Below, in pieces: positions 50,836-59,576 of a stretch of 64,000 nt of DNA. The DNA comes from Candidatus Poribacteria bacterium (lineage in GTDB: Bacteria; Poribacteria; WGA-4E; PCPOR2b), in assembly GCA_965208325.1 (NCBI GenBank), contig OZ242326.1:1216001-1280000 (forward strand). Reading direction: 5' to 3'. The position numbers and the translations under genes are program-made. Within the stretch, counting starts at the first letter, position 1. The number at the start of each line of letters is the position of its first letter. Below the pieces are notes generated by a model. That model was not told where the DNA came from. It did no database searches and saw only the letters and a program-made list of their open reading frames with translations.

Positions 50836-52590
50836 GTGGCTAAGCATCAGGTTGTATCCATTGACATTGGCGCAAGCGCAGTTAAATTATCGCAGCTAGA
50901 GCAAACGCCGGCAGGGCTGCAATTGGTTAGTGCAGGAATAGAACAGTACACGCAAGATAACCCCACGGGGGAGATTGACGACAAGACGATTCAACAGACG
51001 TTGCAGAAACTCTGGAAGAGAATACTAGGACGAAAAAAAATTCCAGTCGTCTTATCCATTCCCAGGCTGGTGGTGACTTCACGGCGTTTAACTAACCTGC
51101 CAGATGCCGTGACTGACGATCAGCTCCCAAGTCTTGTTGCTATCCAAGCGGAAACTGAATTGCCATTCTCGCCGGAACAAGCCGTCTTCGATTATCATGA
51201 TGTGCGTCGTGACGGCGAGACCGGGGTGTCCGTGGAACTCATTGCAGCGCGGCGGGACGCGGTACAAAAACAGATAGATTATCTGCAACCACTTGGACTT
51301 CTGCCAAGGGCGATGTTGCCTTCGACGTTAGCAATTTGTGTGTTGGCGGGCATGGAACTCAACGGTAATTCGTCCGATCAGCGAATATTGGTCGTGGATA
51401 TTGGGGCAAGCCGGACGGATTTGTGTGTTATGCGAGGGAACCTCCTTCAGTTTTCGCGGAGTTTTCCTACCGGTGGAGATTCATTAACGCGCTACTACCA
51501 AAGTGAAACAGGTGACGACTTTGGGAACGCTGAACGTAATAAGATTGGTAACGCTGAGCTAAACGGGCGGTCTCAAAGCGCAACACCTACTTATGTATGG
51601 GCGAAAGAATTCATTACTGAACTGAAACGGTCGATTGGCGCGGCAAGCCGGGAACTCGATTTGACGGCGAGTGAACTCGTCCGTGAAATCTGGTTATGCG
51701 GCGGAGGTGCCCGAATCTCCGGCTTTTCGACTTACGTCGCTGCTCAACTGCAAATTCCCGCACGTATATGGAACCCACTCGACGTACTGAGGTCTTCAAT
51801 CCCCAATCAATCCTTGGAAAATCTGGATGAATTACAGCCGAACCGCCAATCTAATGAGGGTTTTGGAAGCGGTCTAGCAGTGTCGCTGGGGCTCGGCGTG
51901 AATGCCCTAACTCGTCAGATTACGCTCGATCTCCTTCCAAAAGAAGAAAAAGCTAAGCTCACGCAAGCGGAAAGAAAGTCGCAGATGCTCTTGGGTATCG
52001 CCGCAGGAGCGGTACTGCTCTTTGGGTTGGTGCTAGGTGGGTTGACATGCCGCGCATCCCACCAATCGAAAATCGATGACTTGGACGACGAGATTCGAAG
52101 TATAAAAGGGGCGGAATCTCGCGCAAAAAATGCATTAGTCAAAAATCTGGCAATAGCCGACCAATTGACGCCTCGCAATTCGCCCTTAGATATTTTCCGT
52201 GAATTTAGCCTCCGCTTCGCCAATCGCACAAAAATCGCCTGGACAACTTTGAACATTAGTCATCTTGATGATCCCGATAGAGCGAAGATTGTGTTTAGTG
52301 TTGAAGCTAGCTCCCATCAAGAAATTAGCAAAATGCTCAGCGACATGGCGCAATCTGGGTTGGTCAAGGACATTAAATCCGGACAGATTACAAGTGTCGA
52401 ACGTGACAAAAAACAGATATCCCAGGTGCAGGTGACTTGCAGCCTGTCACCGCAATCTGCGCGACTGTTTGCTCAAGCGCGGCACGTCCAGCCGGGTGAG
52501 GGGCAGATTGAGAAAGAAGACACGGATATTTGGTCAGAAAAAGAAGAAAAACAGTCTGAACCGGCAGAAGACGACAACAACGAAAAATAA
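50836..52590 (+). CDS. PilM-like actin-fold domain fused to TM and PilN-like domain (GspL equivalent)
   Basis: SIDIG, ELPF, VVDIGASRT, FSRSF, LCGGGA, LDLLP followed by a TM helix and coiled coil. Confidence 0.82.
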   Translation: MAKHQVVSIDIGASAVKLSQLEQTPAGLQLVSAGIEQYTQDNPTGEIDDKTIQQTLQKLWKRILGRKKIPVVLSIPRLVVTSRRLTNLPDAVTDDQLPSLVAIQAETELPFSPEQAVFDYHDVRRDGETGVSVELIAARRDAVQKQIDYLQPLGLLPRAMLPSTLAICVLAGMELNGNSSDQRILVVDIGASRTDLCVMRGNLLQFSRSFPTGGDSLTRYYQSETGDDFGNAERNKIGNAELNGRSQSATPTYVWAKEFITELKRSIGAASRELDLTASELVREIWLCGGGARISGFSTYVAAQLQIPARIWNPLDVLRSSIPNQSLENLDELQPNRQSNEGFGSGLAVSLGLGVNALTRQITLDLLPKEEKAKLTQAERKSQMLLGIAAGAVLLFGLVLGGLTCRASHQSKIDDLDDEIRSIKGAESRAKNALVKNLAIADQLTPRNSPLDIFREFSLRFANRTKIAWTTLNISHLDDPDRAKIVFSVEASSHQEISKMLSDMAQSGLVKDIKSGQITSVERDKKQISQVQVTCSLSPQSARLFAQARHVQPGEGQIEKEDTDIWSEKEEKQSEPAEDDNNEK

Positions 52591-52601
52591 GGTGACCGTA
52601 G

Positions 52602-54131
52602 GTGAAAAAATTTACCAAGCGTGAAAAAGTACTGCTGGTGCTTGTTGCCTTTGTTGTTGGCGTCATTTTAATCGTGCAGCTTGGACGTTTAGCTCGTCAA
52701 GGGTTTTCAGGAGGAACGTTGGCTGATAAACGCAGCGCTCTGCAGACCGCTCGCAAATTGGTTTCCCTTTCCGAAATAATCGAACGAATTGACGGAAAAC
52801 TTCTGGAGAATGTCGGTCTTCAGGGACAGATTATCTCCGATTCCTTATATGATGTACTCTCAAGTCAGATTGACCTAGACGACCTTAATCGTGCGCAGCG
52901 CGAGTCCGATCTGGCAGTTTTGCACCCCGCTCTTGGTGGAAAAGCAGATTCCCTAATTGCGCATAAGAATCGGAATGGCGATTTCGAGAGTTTAGATGCG
53001 TTGAAAAAGGTGCGGGGCCCCATTTTTGAGGGAGAGCAGCCTGAGGCGGTGATATCACGGCGAATTGCTATTCTTGCTGGGAAAGCGGGGCTCCGGCCGA
53101 ACTATCAACTGAACATGAAGGCTAGACCGGGCAGGAATACGGAGGCGATTACATCTCATGTGAAAAGAAGTCTCGTGGTTTATTTATACAATAGTGAATT
53201 AAACGAGGAATTAACACAGTTACTAGCGCCGCAGAAAGCAATTGAGGAAGAAAGCAATACCGGAATGGCGGAGATGGATGAGGAGGTATCGGACGCAATG
53301 CTTGATGCATGGCTGAATGATGATAAATCTGATGCGGGGAAATCAGAAGCAATGGAAAACGCCGCGGCGGACAAACCGCAGACAAAGGGAGAATTGAACG
53401 ATATTTCCGCGGAAAATCGAGATGTAGAATCGAATTTGTCTAACGGAACCGAAGAAAATTCTCCATCGTATCAAGCTTCTCAGTTAGTGACTTCTACCAC
53501 GAGCAAGAGTGAAAATGCCGCACAGCCGACGCCATCTAATCGTCAGTTCATTCCATTGCCTGCAGTCATCGATTTACGGGTGCGTATTCAGCTAATCCAA
53601 TTTATACAACACAACTTAAAACTTGAGTTGGCAGGTGCCGCAGAATTTAAGGGAGGATTTGTTGCAAATGAAATTGCTTCCGCGTTAGACGTGGCGCAGG
53701 GCAAGTTTTTTGGGTTTAGTTCAAAACGGCAGACAGTAAGAGTTCAGTTAAGACCGGATAGCGAACTGCGGCTAAAACTTTGGGAATTGGTCAATCGGCG
53801 TGAAAGCGAACAGGGCATGATTGAAGGCGAGATTGCAGAATCAATCAATTTTGATGAACAACTAATTGCACTCACCGCATACGTCGCGGACATTCAACAG
53901 CGTATAGAGGAACTGCTAGGAGTGTTGGCAAAAGTCCCTTCAACCTACCAGCCGGAAAAATATATTGTTGAAATGAACTTCAAAGGCGAAATGGGTAAAA
54001 TTGTCGAGCTAATTCGATTAATCGAATCGTCATCAAGATGGTTGTTCGTCAGAGATCTCAGGATATCCATCGCGGACAGGAAGGAAACAGTGCTCAGTGC
54101 TGATTTGTCCATGATTGCAAAGGTGTTTTGA
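52602..54131 (+). CDS. PilO/GspM-like protein with internal HhH module and long acidic linker
   Basis: FTKREKVLL plus TM; C-terminal VEMNFKGEM..LIRLIESS.RWLFVRDLRI; internal LNRA...NGDFESLDALKKVRG. Confidence 0.65.
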   Translation: MKKFTKREKVLLVLVAFVVGVILIVQLGRLARQGFSGGTLADKRSALQTARKLVSLSEIIERIDGKLLENVGLQGQIISDSLYDVLSSQIDLDDLNRAQRESDLAVLHPALGGKADSLIAHKNRNGDFESLDALKKVRGPIFEGEQPEAVISRRIAILAGKAGLRPNYQLNMKARPGRNTEAITSHVKRSLVVYLYNSELNEELTQLLAPQKAIEEESNTGMAEMDEEVSDAMLDAWLNDDKSDAGKSEAMENAAADKPQTKGELNDISAENRDVESNLSNGTEENSPSYQASQLVTSTTSKSENAAQPTPSNRQFIPLPAVIDLRVRIQLIQFIQHNLKLELAGAAEFKGGFVANEIASALDVAQGKFFGFSSKRQTVRVQLRPDSELRLKLWELVNRRESEQGMIEGEIAESINFDEQLIALTAYVADIQQRIEELLGVLAKVPSTYQPEKYIVEMNFKGEMGKIVELIRLIESSSRWLFVRDLRISIADRKETVLSADLSMIAKVF

Positions 54132-54136
54132 CCGCC

Positions 54137-54967
54137 ATGAAAAGACACTTGCTTTTATACATTGCCCTTGCATTTTTCACCATTAGAATATTGCCCGTAA
54201 GCGGCGAGATGGACATACCCCCATTTGCGAAGGAGATACTTGAAAAACAAGGCATTTCAATATCCGACTTACACAAAGATCCGGAACTTCGAAAAAAATG
54301 GTTGAGAAAATTCCGGGACATGGGAGGAAAAGAGCAAAACGATAAAGCACCAAAAGACGTTGGCGTAGATTTGAACCCTGACCCTCAATTCTATAAGGTC
54401 ATCACTGAAAACAACCTATTCCGTCCACTCGGATACCGCAAGGAAAAACCGGGACCGCCATTTGAACTTATTGCTACCGTCGTCAATCATGAATCTGCCG
54501 AAAGCAAAGCTTTAATCCGAAGCAATGCTGATCAGCAAGTCTATTATGTCGGCGTTGGTCAAGAGTTTGCCGGCGCAAAGGTTGAGTTGATTGAACCACT
54601 AAAAGTAATGGTTTTCCACCACGGGAAATCACAGGAATTTCGAGCTTTAACAGGAGGGTTTCTCGGAGGTGGGGGTCATGAGCGCAAACATCAGCAGCGG
54701 ACGGGCAACCGTGAAACTGCCGAAAAATCGGGGGGAAGAGATTCCAATTTTGGCCGCGGAGGCCGCGATTTTGAAGGTGTCGAACGAAAGCTCAGACATC
54801 TGCCGCCAGAAGAACGAAGGAAATTTATGCGTGAAATGATGCGAAAGCGGAGGGAAGCATCTGGAGGCAAACGTCGAGGGAATCGGGGCAAGGAACGTGC
54901 AGAAAAAGAGGATAGAGAGGACGAAGAGGAGAAGAAAGATGACGATCGCGACGGCGAGAAGAAGTAG
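54137..54967 (+). CDS. GspC/PilP-like protein with charged low-complexity tail
   Basis: N-terminal hydrophobic segment, NNLFRP, LIATV, ALI, VGQEF; position before the secretin. Confidence 0.55.
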   Translation: MKRHLLLYIALAFFTIRILPVSGEMDIPPFAKEILEKQGISISDLHKDPELRKKWLRKFRDMGGKEQNDKAPKDVGVDLNPDPQFYKVITENNLFRPLGYRKEKPGPPFELIATVVNHESAESKALIRSNADQQVYYVGVGQEFAGAKVELIEPLKVMVFHHGKSQEFRALTGGFLGGGGHERKHQQRTGNRETAEKSGGRDSNFGRGGRDFEGVERKLRHLPPEERRKFMREMMRKRREASGGKRRGNRGKERAEKEDREDEEEKKDDDRDGEKK

Positions 54968-55190
54968 AAATAGTAGTTGCAATTAGCGGATGCTCGAGTA
55001 AACTGTAAATGTGGCACTCTCTTCATTGTGTCATTAGGAATTCAGAACGTAAGATATAGAAATCAATGCCGAAGGTTTTCCGTTTTTCGCCATACATACT
55101 TTGCACTAGGGTCGGGCTGAACATCCAAAGCTATTCCATACATTGATTAGACATTTGAAGTTATTTTAAAATTCAGTCTAGGGGTACTCC

Positions 55191-58100
55191 ATGAAAATGA
55201 ATTCCGAAGCAAATCAGAGGATAGAAAACTTCATATTCTTGGTACTAGCGGCAATTGGTACAGCGTGCACCGCCGGGTATGTAACGCATGCCTTGGGCGA
55301 AGAAGACAATCGGAAGGGGATGCAAGTCGCAGAACGGGATGAAGCCGGAACAGCCGTCAGATTCGACTTCGACTTCTCAAGTGGAGATTTGCAAAACCTA
55401 ATTAAGTTCATCAGCGAGGAAGCCGATCTCACGATTGTCGCCGCCGAAAACGACATCAAAGACAAGAAGTTTGCACTAACCAATCTCAGAAACGTGACAA
55501 TTGAGGAAACGCTGGAGGAAATCAAAACCGTATTATCACAGTACAATCTAACAATGATACGTACTAATAAAACAGTACTAATCACCACATTCAATAAAGC
55601 AGTACAGATGAAGGTGCCGGTCAAGCGTGTAACTGCAGATCCCAACCTGATTGAACCGACTGACGAAATCCAAACCTACATAATCCAGTTGAATAGCGCT
55701 ACTGCATCGGAGTTGGTAGGCGGTATTAAACCGTTACTGAACAGTGCGGCAAACATTTTCGCCGACGCAAACAGTAATTCGTTGATAATCACCGACCTCG
55801 CCTCCAATATTCGCAGGATTGTTACCATTTTGCAGGTCGCGGACGAAGATCCGGACGTACCGCTAAAGGTCGAGGTAATTCCATTGACCAATGCAACAGC
55901 CAGGTCCCTAGCACAAACCCTAAGCGAAGTGTTTCGCCAAGAAGAACAAGTTACAAATATACTCAGGAAAATGAGCTATACCAGCAATCCGGATGAAATG
56001 CGTGAGATGATGGAGAAAGCCAAGAACAGCGGCGCGGGAATTGACATGATTCGCGGCCGCATCCAGATTGCCGCAGACGAAAGTTCAAATTCGCTCATCA
56101 TTAAAGCGTCCGAGCCGAATCTTGTTGTGCTCAGGGAACTGATTCAGCAATTAGATACGGCACCCAGCGTCCAAACAGAAATGCGAATCTTCCGATTGAA
56201 ACACGCTATAGCTGAAGATATCGCTCAAACCCTCGAAGAAATCATTACCGGTCAAACCGCCGGGCGTCGTCCGGGCCGATACGCGAGTAGGTGGGAAAGA
56301 CGTGAATGGCAGAATCGGCGCAGTCGTTTACGCAAAGAGACCGCTGAACAGGAACATCAAGGCATTGTCGGGACGGTAAACATTGCATCGAGTGATCACT
56401 TGAATGCGGTGGTTATCGCCTCAGATCCGCGAAACTTCCCAATAATCGAAAAACTCATTACAGAACTCGACCAGTCCGACCCGCAAGAAGAGATTCGACT
56501 CTACTTTATGAAATTTGCACAAGCCGTGACAATAGCCCAGAATCTTCAAGATCTCTTTGAAGGCGGCAGCGCGGGGCGGGACCAAAACAGATCCTGGTGG
56601 GATCGGCAAGAACTTTCTCGGACAGATACATCCGGTTTTGGTATCCAGGGCCCTGTCCACCTTGTACCGGATGCACGCTTGAATGTATTGATGGTTTCCA
56701 CTGCGGAACAAAATTTTGAAACCATTGAGGATCTCATTAAACGCCTTGACGTGAGCATGCCGGACCAAGAATGGGCCACACGGCCTTATTTCTTGGAATA
56801 TGCAGACGCCGAGAATGTCGAGACCATTATCAACAACCTATACCGCCAGGGTAGCGGTACATCGCGCGTGTGGTGGATGCCTAATCAACCGAACCAAAAT
56901 CGGAGCGCGCTTGCCGGAAATGTGACAGCTGAGGCATACCCCACGCTGAATGCAGTCTTCATCTCAACCGCGACACAGCGTAATTTCGAACTCATTTGGG
57001 AGGTGATTAAGCAGATTGATGTGCCGACACCGGAAGCGCAGAAAGAAATTACAAAACCCATCCGGCTTGAATACGCCAACGCAGAACAGATAAAGGATGT
57101 GTTAAGCGAAGTATGGGAAGGTGATGATGACCGCCAAGGTTTCAGTTGGAGACGCTACTTCACGCGCGGTGGACGCGGTGAACAGAAAGATATCAATTCG
57201 CTGCGCGGTAAAGTCACCGTCTTTGCGGACCCAGACACCAATTCGCTCATCGTAACCACGGCTCAGCGCTATCTGCCGGATGTTGAAGCCCTGATTCGCG
57301 GCCTTGACTTCGTGCGCGGTCAAGTCTGGATCGACATCCAGATTCTTGAGGTGACGTTGGATGAAACCACGAAACTAGGCCTTGAATTGACTGCCCAAGA
57401 GAACAGGCTATTCGGTGAAGAACTGCGCGCTGGCAATCCCCTCGTCGGGGGTCTAGATACTAAATTCGCTCTTGATCAGGAAATTAGTGGTTTCACCTAC
57501 AGCGTGGCGACAAAAGAATACATGGCGCTTCTTCACACACTAATGCGGGAAAACAAAGTGAAGACGTTATCGACCCCTTCACTGCTAACGCGGGATAACC
57601 AAGAGGCGACGTGGAGCCGCGGGCGTTCGATACCGTATCTACAGAGTGTTGATACCAGAAGCCTTTTGGGTGAAACGGTCAATCAGCCGTTGTTCAATTA
57701 CGATTTCATTACGCCGCCTGTCGGTATCAACATCACGATTAAGCCCCACATTGCGAAGTCTAAAGCGGGACCAGACGGTAAACGCACCATAGGGTTGGAG
57801 ATTGTGCAAATCCAAGCCAGTAACTTTATTGAGTTTACAGACTTCAACGCGCCAATCACGGAAGATAGCTCAATCAGCGCTTACATTGACGTGGAGGACG
57901 GACAGAGAATTGTGGTAGGGGGAATGATTAAGCAAAAACAACAGAAAATTGAAAGTAAAATGCCGGTCTTGGGGGATATTCCATTTTTGGGCAATTTGTT
58001 CAGAAGAACAGAAACCGCGACGGAAAACTCTGAGATTGTAATCATTATCACGCCCCACATTATTGATATCAAAAATCCGAACGATCTCCGCAGGTTAGAA

Positions 58101-58205
58101 GAACAGGCAAAGGAGTGGCGTTCCAACAACAATAGTACGGCAATTGAACAAGAGCAAGGTGAAGGAGGTATCAGCGAAGAACCGATCGAGAAAACGGACA
58201 AGTAG
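55191..58205 (+). CDS. gspD: Secretin GspD with expanded N-domains
   Basis: N0 domain, six repeated secretin_N units, QVWIDIQILEV, LSTPSL, VVGGMI, PVLGDIPFLGNLF, IIITPHII. Confidence 0.92.
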   Translation: MKMNSEANQRIENFIFLVLAAIGTACTAGYVTHALGEEDNRKGMQVAERDEAGTAVRFDFDFSSGDLQNLIKFISEEADLTIVAAENDIKDKKFALTNLRNVTIEETLEEIKTVLSQYNLTMIRTNKTVLITTFNKAVQMKVPVKRVTADPNLIEPTDEIQTYIIQLNSATASELVGGIKPLLNSAANIFADANSNSLIITDLASNIRRIVTILQVADEDPDVPLKVEVIPLTNATARSLAQTLSEVFRQEEQVTNILRKMSYTSNPDEMREMMEKAKNSGAGIDMIRGRIQIAADESSNSLIIKASEPNLVVLRELIQQLDTAPSVQTEMRIFRLKHAIAEDIAQTLEEIITGQTAGRRPGRYASRWERREWQNRRSRLRKETAEQEHQGIVGTVNIASSDHLNAVVIASDPRNFPIIEKLITELDQSDPQEEIRLYFMKFAQAVTIAQNLQDLFEGGSAGRDQNRSWWDRQELSRTDTSGFGIQGPVHLVPDARLNVLMVSTAEQNFETIEDLIKRLDVSMPDQEWATRPYFLEYADAENVETIINNLYRQGSGTSRVWWMPNQPNQNRSALAGNVTAEAYPTLNAVFISTATQRNFELIWEVIKQIDVPTPEAQKEITKPIRLEYANAEQIKDVLSEVWEGDDDRQGFSWRRYFTRGGRGEQKDINSLRGKVTVFADPDTNSLIVTTAQRYLPDVEALIRGLDFVRGQVWIDIQILEVTLDETTKLGLELTAQENRLFGEELRAGNPLVGGLDTKFALDQEISGFTYSVATKEYMALLHTLMRENKVKTLSTPSLLTRDNQEATWSRGRSIPYLQSVDTRSLLGETVNQPLFNYDFITPPVGINITIKPHIAKSKAGPDGKRTIGLEIVQIQASNFIEFTDFNAPITEDSSISAYIDVEDGQRIVVGGMIKQKQQKIESKMPVLGDIPFLGNLFRRTETATENSEIVIIITPHIIDIKNPNDLRRLEEQAKEWRSNNNSTAIEQEQGEGGISEEPIEKTDK

Positions 58206-58395
58206 CAACTGCCGACTGAATTCGCCTCGCATTGCACAGCTTAAATTTTATCGCGCTCGCATTATGTGCTCTCGGTAAACATTGGAGACGGCAGCTAATC
58301 TCGTTGTGTACTCCCGATTTGGTGTATACCATTTGAGTTCGTGAAAGGATGACATCGTACTGCGAAAATATAGCGCCTACCTTCCCGCCCTCCTT

Positions 58396-59541
58396 ATGGA
58401 TTTCTGTTTTAGCGCGGTTTTCACAAATACCGCATTCTATTCAAGCTACCTCCATCTCACTTCAACCTTTTTAGGTACGCTCACTGCGATTAGCACCGGC
58501 ATCTACGTTATTCTTGCCATTCCCTTCGGACGGCTCTCCGATCGAATTAACCGAACCCACAATCTCGCCGCGGGGTGCCTGTTACTCGCGATCCTTAGCT
58601 TTTCGCTTCCGTTCTGTTTCCGTAAGCTGCATCTAGCGTTGGTTTTTCCATGCGTTGGCGTGAGCCAAGCGTTATTTTGGCCAGCGTACGAAGCGTGGCT
58701 TGCTGAACGAGGAAGCGGCAGGCATTTGATTAAGCGGCTGCGGCTCTTCAACCTGTTTTGGAGTACCGGTATTACAGCCGGACCTGTAACTTCGAGTTAC
58801 CTGTATCGGGGAAAAAATCCGGTTATTCCATTCTATCTTGCCGGCGGTTTCAGCCTGCTAAATTGGTTCACCATTAACGCCCAGGCGAAGAAGCATCTAC
58901 ACGTAGAAAACCCTGCAAAGCCTACCTCAAGTCTCGAAAACACATGGGAGGAAACACAGCCGCCTCCTACAACGCAACGCATTTTTTTGCAGATTGCGCG
59001 GATTTCTAACTTTGCATCGTGGTTTTGCTTGGGCGTCTTGAGGCGCATCGCACCAAAATTAACGCTAGAAATGGGCATCTCTGCAAAGATGTTCGGCAAT
59101 CTTATGTTGACGCTGGGTGGTGTGCAAACCTTAACGTTTCTTTGGTTCGGCACGGATAACTCGACGCGATGGCATTACCGGTTAACCCCTCTGGTATGTG
59201 TGCAATTACTAGCAGTGATGGGGTTTGTGGGAATGTGGTGTTGGACGCACGCCGTAATTTGGGCGTTCGCTTTTGCATCTTTAGCAGTGTGTGCAGCCGT
59301 TACCTATTTCAGCAGTTTGTATTACAGTTTACATGAGGAGGAAAGCAAGGGTGACAAAAGTGGATGGCACGAAGCAATACTTGGGAGTGGAATCTTGTTG
59401 GGCCCCGTTCTGGGTGGGGTATTTGCAGATTCGACTTTGGGGATCAAGAGTCCCTATCTGCTTTGCGCCGGCGTAATTGCATTCTGCCTCTTCCTTGAAG
59501 GATTGAAACGGCTGCGGGCACCGGAATGCCGCATCAGCTAA
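58396..59541 (+). CDS. MFS transporter
   Basis: FGRLSDRI motif A; about 12 hydrophobic segments. True start may be CTG at 58360. Confidence 0.85.
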   Translation: MDFCFSAVFTNTAFYSSYLHLTSTFLGTLTAISTGIYVILAIPFGRLSDRINRTHNLAAGCLLLAILSFSLPFCFRKLHLALVFPCVGVSQALFWPAYEAWLAERGSGRHLIKRLRLFNLFWSTGITAGPVTSSYLYRGKNPVIPFYLAGGFSLLNWFTINAQAKKHLHVENPAKPTSSLENTWEETQPPPTTQRIFLQIARISNFASWFCLGVLRRIAPKLTLEMGISAKMFGNLMLTLGGVQTLTFLWFGTDNSTRWHYRLTPLVCVQLLAVMGFVGMWCWTHAVIWAFAFASLAVCAAVTYFSSLYYSLHEEESKGDKSGWHEAILGSGILLGPVLGGVFADSTLGIKSPYLLCAGVIAFCLFLEGLKRLRAPECRIS

Positions 59542-59576
59542 CCTCTCCAGCGGGTTCCTCATCCTACCAAATTCTC

